Assembly (NCBI RefSeq): GCF_964204645.1
Contig: NC_134025.1
Location: 28,376,299 to 28,440,298 of the forward strand
Length of the DNA: 64,000 nt
Source of the DNA: Tubulanus polymorphus
Taxonomy: Eukaryota > Animalia > Nemertea
Reading direction: 5' to 3'
Below, in pieces: positions 31,801 to 42,857 of the stretch. The notes under the pieces are model-generated. The model made no database searches and was not told where the DNA came from. It saw only the letters and a program-made list of their open reading frames with translations. The translations under genes were made by a program, and so were the position numbers. Position 1 is the stretch's first letter. Each line of letters opens with the position of its first letter.

Positions 31801-34800
31801 CTTGCTTTTCTTCTGTATCACCTATGTATAGACGTATATATCGTACTTTCATATTATTATGTTCTATGAATATAAAGCTAGAAATCATTTGTTAGCAACA
31901 GTTCATGTTCAGCAGTGAATCTGACTCCCTGACAGGAAACAGATACCGTAACCACTCCCTGAATACAGTTACAGCATCAAAGGTTTAGGCCTTAACATAG
32001 AAATCTAAAATGTTCACCCAAAAATTATGGCAGTGCGATGTTACATCCTTTTTCCAATAATATCATATCCTTCTTTTTAATTTGTACAACCCTTCATCCA
32101 TTGGAATAAACATTCATACTTGTAGCAGGTAAAACAATCTTTTATGCATCATATAGAATAGATGATTAAAGAGACATAAAGATTAACTCACCAATGCCTT
32201 ACTTGACATCTGAAGAGCGTTTTGAACTTAATGCGCTTTAGATTAGAAACCTACCTTAGAACTGAAATGAAACTGTTTGATTAACAGAATACTGAGGAAT
32301 GAGTTGTGGCGGTGTCTGAGATTTTCATGATATATCTTACATAAGACTTACCTGTAGATTTTCATCATCTTTGGATTATGCACTTATTGTATATAGTAAC
32401 AATGCGATGATTGCACCAAAGGCATCACTCACAATTTACTATGGTACATGTACGTTTAATTTGCAATGCGTCAGATAAAAGTCAACTTGACGTGAAAATG
32501 TATATCAGCGATAAAACCAATACAAAAAACTTCTTGTAAACAGTTTCGACCAACTAGAGATGAAAAAAATCTATAAGGGGCCAGTTTGAGCCAGCCAGCA
32601 AAAAACCAAGTCACAGCATAAATGTTTTACACTACATACTATTCAAAATTGCTTAGCGTTTACTACCAAATTAAGATGTAAGGAACCCACACTTCTGGAG
32701 TTGTAATAAGTCTGTTAACTGGGTCAGCCAGATAGTTCAGCCCTAGAAATCACCAGTTGGATGCTGCGATCCATGCTCAGGCCCCTAGCGAGCCATGTCT
32801 TTGGGGGCTCAACTTACATGAAAGTGGAACTTCTTATAATGTGCCCACACAGATGTCAAGTCCTGGGAGGATAGATTAGCGCAGAAAATTTTTGAAAAGA
32901 GGAGCAATTTCACAACTTAAAACATATTTGAGGTGAAAATGTCGCTTCTTTTTCCTACAATTTGGCCTCAAATCAAGCAAGTTTGGAAGCATGTGCATAT
33001 TCTGAATGAAAAAGTAATAACGCGGAAACCCCTAAATACGGTCTTGATGCTAGTAGCTACTTTTACTAACATCATTTGGCATTTACCAATATTTATCCGC
33101 TTACATGAAATTAAAATTGCGTACTCGATTGAATGCTACAGATTTTTCAAGTAACCACTACATGTACCAGTACTTTAACAACCAAATTATCTTGTAACGC
33201 AAAAATTACGAAAATAAACTGGACACTGCAGCCTTGTTTTGTACATATATCACTTTTTACTTTCCATTTCACCTGTTTCTCTGTCTTAAACCTCCTATTA
33301 CAGATCTCACAATTTTGCAAGCACCTGATATACATAACTCTAACAGTACCTCTACACTCATCCAGGTTAGTACCTGGCATTTTACATTTTGCACTGGTAT
33401 ATCAAATTTTGGGAAAAATTGGTTTGAATCAACACAGAGCTGACAGTGCACAGACTACAGTGTAGGGAATGATAATATCCCTATACTGAAGTCAGCGCAC
33501 TGTCAGCTCTGTGTTGCTTCAAAACAATTTTTCCCAAAATTTGATAAATGGTTTAATTTGATAGCTACACGTGTACAAACAAATAAATAGTAGAAACAGG
33601 CGCCTTATAAATGTTTATTATTATTACCATTATTATTATTAGAAAATATTTTTCAACATCTATAATATCTATAACTATACGAATATTCATTAATTGTGTG
33701 AATCACTTGATTCCAATCAGTAAAAGTTCAATGACTCAGTTCTGACCACCACAACTTTTAACCTCAGTATTCCTACAATGTCATCAAGTCTTTACCTCAC
33801 TAGCTGGATCGGAGTCATCCTCCTCATCAGCTTCATCTTTTTCATTATTTTTCACCTTACTTTCAGCTGGTTCTTCGGATATTTCTTCCATTTCAACCTA
33901 CCAACAGATACAATCAAGTAAAGCATTGACTCACAGGAACAAATCTGATAAGGACAGAGATTATTCTGACTCAAGCATGTACAATGAACCTCAGTTATAG
34001 CGGCATCCTGAAGAAGTGGCCTGATATCTAATTTGATATGATGTGGCGGCATCTTCTCCATGTTTTTCAGAATCTAAAAAGAGCATTTCGAACTTTTGTT
34101 AAAATTTGCATCCAATCTTCACAGTCTTTTACCACAGATATTCATCAAAGCAAACTTACAGTTTCTATTTCTTCTTGGCTACGATTATGTGTATTCCGTT
34201 TTGCGCATATGGAAGGTTCGGCCTGTACTTCTACCGTATAAACCTAACATTTAAACAACAAAATATCTAACCATCTTGTCTTGGTCCTCTATAACCATAT
34301 TCTTTGTGATGAAAATGAACTTAGAAATTACCTGGAATCCTTTTTGTTTGGCGAAGCTCCAAAATTCCTCGAAATGGATGACTTTTTCATTAACAGCGTC
34401 AACTAAAATGAACGGGAAGTATCCATCATCGACCGTTTTCTTGAATGATTTAAGCATACTCTGTCTATAGCTTTCCTCGAGTATAGGCTCATATTCATAT
34501 TCCATAACCTGCAAGTCAATAATAATATATCCCTCCGTTAAAGATTGCGACAAAATTCAAAGATACCAGCATCAGATTTAACGTGTTAATACCTTTTGTT
34601 TTATTACACGACCAGACTCTTCATCTTTGACAGTCTTGTCAACTTCTACCATGAAATAATCGTCAAGACACAGAATTCGTGGAGCAGTGCCTCCATTTTT
34701 CATTTCAGTTTCCTTGAAGTAACAATCAAATTACATTAACATGAAGCAAAAACGACATGAGATGTTAAAGCATGTAAAGCCTAGCGCACATCGACACTGC

Positions 34801-37800
34801 GATTGGAGACAACTAGTTGCTACCGAACGATTACCCCGCGCACATCGAAATCTAGTTACGACCGGTCAGTTGCAGCAACTGCATGGTGCGTGTCGATCGT
34901 CGAGATCCAGAGCATATCGACGGATATGACTGCGATTGAGTACAACCAGTTGCTCAAAAGTAAAACATGGGAAACTGGCTGGAACTGGAGATAGATCGAC
35001 ACTTACCAATCGTAACTGATCGTATCCAGCCAGTTCCTCTCATGCGCCGAAAACTGCCTTGCAACTAGTTGTCTCCAATCGCAGTGTCGATGTGCACTAG
35101 GCTTTATGGGTAGAAACTTACTCGGATCAGCTTACTGACATATGTTTTACCACTACCAGGAACGCCTCGTAGTATAATAACCAGCTGCGGAGGACGAGTT
35201 GCTCGACCCGGATGACTCAGTATGTCATTCACATTAACTACTTCAGGTTCAGCCGGTATTTGAGGAGGCATCGGAGATCTATGATCATCATATCTAGCAA
35301 ATGATCAAAAAATATTTTTACCGAGGTTGAGCAGAACATCTGCAAACAAAGCGACTAACATTATTGTCTATACCTATTTTTGTAACTGGTTTGATCTCTT
35401 CTATCGCGGCTACTTCTTCCGAAATCTCTGTCTCTAGGTCCTCCTAGAAATATAACAGTTTGTACTTATTTACGCACATCAAGAAGACAGTAAAATTGGT
35501 CAAGATAGATTATATATCAATATGTCAACATATTTGATAACACAATAAAATGTTGATGTATTCAAGAAAAGTTCAGGTCACAACTGCTAGAAATATACAT
35601 ACGACGATCATCTCTAGAATGAGGAGATCGATCACGTCCAGAATCTATATCTAATCGTCTATCTAGCATACGATTACGATCATTTCTACGATCGTGATCA
35701 CGGTTTCTGTCTAGCGAATGAGAAAATACATCTTTCTTATCATCGGCAGACTTTCCATGACTGTAGTCAAATACTTCAGGCTGAGCTGTAAGAGTGAAAA
35801 TACAATAACAATATAGAGTATTAAATTAAATGTCATAACACCAGTTGAAAATGAAAGCATTATTTTTTTTCATGCCAACTTACACAACATACTTATTGTA
35901 GCTTCACTGGCAGTATCTGATTTACCATGACCATAATCAATAGATGCAATTGGTTCATCAAACCTACAAAACAGTACATAATATCAATAAAATAGATACA
36001 TTAAACTCCAATGATTAATGTATGTAATTAAATGGACATCCAGAAGTATTTACCCAGTTCTCATAAACGGATTATTGAATGATCTGTCTTGTCGATATGC
36101 GTCAAACCTTCCACCGCCAAATGGACCTTGACGATCTGTATTTGCATGATAGGGATCAGAATCCTATGAAAACATGGTTAAATGTTGCAAATAAAGAATG
36201 ATGTTGTAATCAATGATCGAAGATGTCTATAATTCACAATACATACATCCATCTGATTTTCACTCCAGTTACTATCACCAGTCATAATTTCATCCTGTAA
36301 TGATAAATATTTAAGATATATTTGTATATAATTATTTGCCATACAATTATCTGGTTGCTACGGATCAAAATACAAATGGTATTCAAAGAAGCAAGGAGTG
36401 ATTGGGAAATATCAAGGAGTTTCAACATAGAAAATATGGAGCCATTTGACAGATTCTATACTCTTCACTTCACTAAAATTTGCCAGCTCCATATAACCAG
36501 ATGATTTAAGGACCAGGAACTTTGAAGGAGATTTCAAGGATCACAGGAGATCAAGTAATTCACATGTAGATATGATTGCCAGGAAAAATACCTCGTCTTC
36601 ATCGTAGGAGACTAAATTGTTCGTGAATCTATTATTACCACGCCCACATCCAGAAACATTCATAGGAAACTGATCAAATTGGCCTGAAAAATTACAAAAA
36701 TTATCAAGAGAAATATACAACATTGGTGCATGAAGAGAACCAGCAATATCAACTGTACCTCTTCCTCTGCCTCTAAATCTGCCTCGACCTCTACCCTGCA
36801 ATAACAAACAGTCTATCATAGAAAATGAATGCATGATTGGAGCACACTTACATTATAATAATTTGCACGAAAAGAATACACTATTGCGTCTTATGCTGTA
36901 ATGATAATGCATAAGTTGATTGAAAATGATTAATGTTTGATATTTTGTTTGAATTTGATGACGATCTAAAAGTAAGATTCACAAACTAAGCTCGATATAC
37001 AACTCATAGTACCGGCACATCAAACACATACGTGAAAATCATCCAAGTCACGTTCATCTTGACTGGATTCATCTCTCAAATGTGACTACAGTTTAAATTA
37101 CATGAATATTAGATCAGTAGAGGATGAAACATTCATCAAACGGTCCATTTACTGGTAAAATTAATTCTGAATGACATACCTGGCCACCTTCCATTTGGAA
37201 TTTCCTCTGCATTTCAATCTCTGATAATCTAAGATCAGTATCGGATTCTTCCATTTGCCTGAAACATACGATTGATATGGTTATAAACTGCGCAATGAAG
37301 TTACAATTATGAGATTTTGGTGATTTTTACCTGTTAGACATTCGGTCACCGAAGAACGCTCCTCTACCACGACCACCCCGCTGAGGCGGTCCAGCGAATG
37401 AATCTTCACCTTCGTAATCAACATAAGGGCGACCAAATTGTCCTCTTCCTCCTCTACCACGACCTCGCATACGTTCTGCTTCACCGTGCCATCCCCCTCG
37501 AGGCTGTCTAAACCGATTGTTGTCTTCATAATTTCCTTCATCCATGCTCAGATTTCGATCAGAATCGAAGCCAGCGAAGTTACCTCTTCCCCGTCCTCTA
37601 TTCTGCATGGCTCCACGCATTTGTCTGAATCCAAACTGTTGATTTTCATTTGAATTCTCATCATCTTGTCTTGATCCTCTGAAACCGAACTCAGCTCTAT
37701 TACCGAATTGCCTAGGATCATTACTCATATCATCAAAACCTCCAAAACCGCGACCTCTTCCACGCTGACCGAAGCCACGTCCTCTACCTCTTCCAAAGTC

Positions 37801-40800
37801 AAATTCATCTTGATTTTCAGGAAATCCTTGTTCATCGCTCGTATTTTCAAAACCTCCGAAACCACGACCCCTTCCACGCTGACCAAATCCACGGCCTCGA
37901 CCCCTTCCCATCATAGCATCCTGATCATCAAGAAGTCCTGGCATATCACTTGTATCATCAAACCGTCCAAATCCACGGCCTCTACCGCGCTGACCAAATC
38001 CTCGTCCACGAGCTGAAATTTGCTCCTCAGCATCTAGCATATCACCGTCATCAAACCCTCCAAATGCATGTCCCCTTCCACGCTGACCAAAGCCTCTTCC
38101 CCTTGTTCCACCCATGCTTTGCTTTTCAGTTTCTCCCGCATGCAATGATGATACATTCATATTATCAGCAGTACTACCAAACCCACGACCTCTTCCTTGT
38201 TGCTGACTAAAACCACGACCACGTGTCATACCCATGTCTCGTCTATTCAATTCATCTGATACAAGACCTGATACATTGCCCGTATCACTTCCATCGAAAC
38301 TCCCCGCTCGACCACCTCTTCCAAGCAGGCCAAACCCACCCCCACGACCTCCACTTATCTCAGATTCTGTCATTTCATCTGACAATCCAGACACGTCATC
38401 AAAACTTCCTAAACGACTTCCTCTTCCACACTGTCCAAATCCACGCCCTCTTCCTCTATTACTGTCATTTGGTTCATCTGGGAGTCCTGGTATGTCATCA
38501 GTTTCAATATTTCCACCGAATCCACGTCCTCTTCCACGCTGTGCAAATCCACGCCCTCTACCTCTGTTATTATCACTTGGTTCATCCAGGAGTCCAGGCA
38601 TCTCATGATCATCAACATTTCCACCAAATCCACGCCCTCTTCCACGCTGTCCAAATCCACGCCCTCTTCCTCTGTTACTGTCACTTGGTTCATCAGGAAG
38701 TCCTGGTATGTCATCAGTTTCAACATTTCCACCGAATCCACGCCCTCTTCCACGCTGTCCAAATCCACGCCCTCTACCTCTGTTATTATCACTTGGTTCA
38801 TCCAGGAGTCCAGGCATCTCATGATCATCAACATTTCCACCAAATCCACGCCCTCTTCCACGCTGTCCAAATCCACGCCCTCTACCTCTGTTACTGTCAC
38901 TTGGTTCATCTGGGAGTCCTGGTATATCATCAGTCTCAACATTTCCACCAAATCCACGCCCTCTTCCACGCTGTCCAAATCCACGCCCTCTACCTCGGTT
39001 ACTGTCACTTGGTTCATCTGGGAGTCCTAGTATATCATCCGTTTCAACACTTCCACCGAATCCACGCCCTCTTCCACGCTGTCCAAATCCACGCCCTCTT
39101 CCTCTGTTACTGTCACTTGGTTCATCTGGGAGTCCAGGCATATCATGATCATCAACATTTCCACCAAATCCACGCCCTCTTCCATGCTGTCCAAATCCAC
39201 GCCCTCTTCCTCTATTACTGTCACTTGGTTCATCTGGGAGTCCTGGTATGTCATCAGTTTCAATATTTCCACCAAATCCACGTCCTCTTCCACGCTGTGC
39301 AAATCCACGCCCTCTACCTCGGTTACTGTCACTTGGTTCATCCAGGAGTCCAGGCATATCATGATCATCAACATTTCCACCAAATCCACGCCCTCTTCCA
39401 TGCTGTCCAAATCCACGCCCTCTACCTCTGTTACTGTCACTTGGTTTGTCTAGGAGTCCAGGCATATCATGGGTGTCAATATTTCCACTATATCCACGCC
39501 CTCTTCCACGCTGTCCAAATCCACGCCCTCTTCCACTGTAATAATCACTCGGTTCATCCGGGAGTCCTGGTATGATATCAGTTTCACTATTTCTACCAAA
39601 TCCACGACCTCTTCCACGCTGTCCAAAACCACACCCTTGTCCTCTGCCAGAATCATCTGGGAGTCCTGGTATATCATCCGTTTCATCAGGATTAGAAAAT
39701 TCATGGCCCCTTTGGTGAAATCTTTGCTGATATCCTCCACCCATACTGTATGCTTCTGAGTCATCATGTTCGCCTGGAATATTATCAAAATCTCGGAATG
39801 AGCGCCCCATTCCACGCTGAGAATAACTTTGCTCCCTTCCTCTACCTAAGCCATAATCTTCGTCTGGGATTCCTGGAATGTCATCTGTATCTTTATGGCT
39901 ACTCCTGTGCTCACCGAATCCATGCCCACTACCTTCACTTATCCTAGATTCAGTATCATATGGCAGATCTTTCATTAAGCTACTAAATCTATTGCCCTGT
40001 CCAAGCAGTCCAAACCCTCGTCCACGACCTGCATTTCTTCCAGATGCTCCATCATCTGATGCGTCATTCATATCATTAAAACTGTTAAATCTATTACCTC
40101 TTCCACGGTCTCTAAAACCTTGATCATGACCCTGTTCATCATCATCTGGAAGGCCAGGCACATCACTCATATCATCATCAAAATTTCTTAACCCTTGCTG
40201 AATACCTTGCCCCATAGTATTTTGGCCAATATTATCAAAGAGACTTGGAATTCTACTTCTGTTCATTCCCCGTCCTCTATCAAAGCGTCCGCCTTCCATC
40301 TTATTAAATGAACTAGGCATATTATCTGAAACTCCGAAGCCCCGGCCTCTTCTACTGTTTGGAAAAAACCCACTTCCAACTGCATTTCTAGACATGAACC
40401 TGTTATCAGATTCTTCGTCATCTGGTATTCCGGGTACACCTTCGAGATCATCCTCTGTTTCCTCTTTGAAATCATCAAAATTAGCATGTAAACCAAGGGG
40501 TTTATGCTTCGATAAATCGATGTTTTTATCAACTTCTTGTTTGCTTCGATATTCTTGTGATAAAGATTGATCAGCATTACCAGAAGAGCCACTTAGTCCT
40601 CTACTTCTTCCTCCAAATCCTCCACTCCTTTCTCCAGCGACGTCACCAAACTCTGTAGAAGAGCCACTTGTTTGGCGGAAATCTTGACTTGAAGATGCCC
40701 ACTGACCATAACCTTGACCTCGTCCACGTCCTCCACGTCCAGCTCCAGAAACATCCATCCTATTATAATTCATTCCACTCTGAGAACTATCATTACCACC

Positions 40801-42021
40801 TAAGTTTTGTCCACTGTTCTGATTAAAACCACTGTTGTTTCCAGACCATCCATAACTTTGATTACCAGTATTAGTAGGAACAGTTTGGTTAAATAGCTGA
40901 CTTTTATTACTTGACCCATAACTACTCATACCATATCCGGTGAACTGCTTATTCTGTTGTTCTTGTACGGTCTTATTTTGTTCAATCAGAGGTTTACCGT
41001 CATCCCCACCACCTGCAGCTGCTTTTTTTCTTTTGATATCAGCAAGTTTCTCTTCCATTTGTTTCTCATATAATTTCCACTGCTGTTCATACTGATGGTA
41101 CTGTTCTTGATTTGGATGATCTGGAATAAGTAAACAGAAATTTTAGTTTTGCAATTCTTCAGATTGAAAATGCTATTGAAATTTAGAGGTACAATAAACA
41201 ATTACTTTTGTTTTGTTCCTTCCAGTCATCATATTGCTTTCTCCAGTCTTTATACTGAACATGAAACTCTTGTTCTTCTTTAAGGACAGCTTTTAACGCG
41301 GCATTCTCCACAGGTTCTGTCAGAAATTACGACTAATTAGAACATTATTCAAAATTCATATATACATAACTAATCTATTGGCAAAACTTACCGGGTGGTT
41401 TGACAGTTTGAGGTGGAGCTTGGTTCTCAGCTGGCGGTGGTGGGGGAGGAGGTGCCTCTTGTTGAAACTGATAAGAGTACCAATTTTTCTGATATTGTTC
41501 CCACTGTTCTTGTTGACTTTTCCAATGCGCTGCATATGCGGATATTTGTGCCATTTTAGCCTGTTCTTCACTACTTGTCGGCTCCAACTTGAAAATAAAT
41601 AAAATGCAACTGGAAATGATTGTCTTTAAGGAGATTTTCGAAAGTTATGACAGGTATCAATGAAACATACCTTTGGAGCAGTATTTACATCACTAGGTGG
41701 CGGATCAGGAGGTAATGGAGGTTTTTCCTCGGCCGGAGACGGAGGGACTGGAGGTGCAGGTCCAGTAGTCTTAGATTTCCCATCATCACTAGGCGGTAAT
41801 GGTGGATATGCCTGCGTCATTGATGTGGTTCCCGTGCCCATCTGCTGAGGTAGCTGTGGCTGTTGTTGTTGCTGCTGCCAAATTTGCTGTTGCTGAACTT
41901 GGTTCCAGTACATTTGCGGATTGACAGCTGCGTACTGTTGCATATACTGCTGCATCGCAGGCGACTGCTGCATTGCAGGTGCTGCTGGTGCAGGACCCCA
42001 TCCTTGCCAACCCTGATACAT
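28872..42021 (-). CDS. YLPM1: YLP motif-containing protein 1 (ZAP3), multi-exon
   Basis: Pro/Gln-rich N-terminus MYQGWQGWG (41671-42021), giant exon 37331-41120, P-loop IILRGVPGSGKT (~35122-35290), RILCLDDYFM, MEYEYEP..YRQSMLKSFKKTVDDGYFPFILVDAVN (34331-34508). C-terminus KSKWELDTSEAKL|DRLDG...PGKKR|VRWADIEE...IGFMIG...ALNRTKFI* with TGA at 28872-28874, matching the characteristic YLPM1 tail and RVxW PP1 motif. Confidence 0.95.
33400..33546. repeat. Long near-perfect inverted repeat (arms ~69 bp, short loop) in a YLPM1 intron
   Basis: tatcaaattttgggaaaaatt...cacagagctgacagtgc...taggga is mirrored by tccctata...gcactgtcagctctgtg...aatttttcccaaaatttgata, with about 6 mismatches. Confidence 0.9.
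34775..35106. mobile_element. MITE (non-autonomous DNA transposon) with ~45-bp terminal inverted repeats in a YLPM1 intron
   Basis: taaagcctagcgcacatcgacactgcgattggagacaactagttgc (34775-34820) versus gcaactagttgtctccaatcgcagtgtcgatgtgcactaggcttta (35061-35106), one mismatch. GC-richer than the flanks, with TA/TWA at the ends. Confidence 0.85.
38411..39686 (-). repeat. Coding tandem repeat, 108-nt (36-aa) unit, about 11-12 copies, inside YLPM1
   Basis: Unit (DDHDM/ETDDI)PGL(L/P)DEPSDSNRGRGRGFGQRGRGRGFGGNV. An identical nucleotide anchor recurs at 38611, 38827, 39151 and 39367, spaced by multiples of 108. Confidence 0.95.
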
Positions 42022-42059
42022 TATCGATTACGAGGTTTTTCAACCAAATCTACTTGAAA

Positions 42060-42440
42060 GTCTATAAAATTCAGTAAATACTCGCTCGCTTTTAGGTATC
42101 GCAAAGGTAGCGTTCCATTGTGCACGCCATTGATTAGCTCCACATTCTCGGAGTCGGAACTTGAGCGTATGTATCTACCGAATATCCATAAAATGAACTG
42201 AATTAACTAAATCTACTTTAATTCAATAGTATTCTATAGACATAATCGTAAAGATTTATTAATATATCATTTATTATATTTCATAGTTAATTATTAAGTA
42301 GTCTAATTAGATGAATCAATAAAAATCGATTTATATTTTGCGCATGCGCTTTTCATTTGATGTTTAGGTAGCGCCGGATTCAAACAAACAAATCAAGGCC
42401 TCAAAATACTGCCGATTTATATGTCTAAGACCCGCCGTAA
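42060..42440. promoter_or_regulatory. Bidirectional promoter YLPM1 (-) / KNL1 (+)
   Basis: NRF1-type GCGCATGCGC at 42340-42349. GC element tagcgccgg followed by a reverse CHR (TTCAAA, 42379-42384). KNL1 non-coding first-exon donor gtaagt near 42437. Confidence 0.55.
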
Positions 42441-42857
42441 GTATCGTTTACATGATAGTTTTCACGATACCATTGTCAAGATTTATGTTTGGATGATCCT
42501 CATTACGAGTATGCTAATTAGAATCCTTTTAAAGGTGGAGGAATTGTAACCTTTTAATTTTCATAAAATGACTTCTCCCCAAAAATCAAAAAAGCTCTTG
42601 ACTTGTTTGTTAAACTGTCCCATTTTTTTGTGGTTTTCATGGCGTGCAGAGTAACCTGTTACATGTTGTATTCTTATCGAAAGCCTGTTGTCAGGATATG
42701 AGGATAATGATTGTATTTTAGTTGTACGACACTCAAGTGAATGCTAGGCAAAAACTGAAATTTGCCCCTTTACTTAGATGATGTGACTACTACACTACAA
42801 CTGTCTTACCCTTGTTTAACTCATAAGATTTTTTGTTGTTGTTTTCAGTGTATCAGA

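Noticed and set aside
38223-39575. 450-aa His-rich + strand ORF and other overlapping ORFs
   Set aside because: These are antisense or alternate-frame shadows of the 108-nt YLPM1 repeat; a stop-free unit gives long ORFs automatically.
38411-39686. Possible CRISPR-like array
   Set aside because: There are no unique spacers; the whole unit repeats in frame inside a eukaryotic exon.
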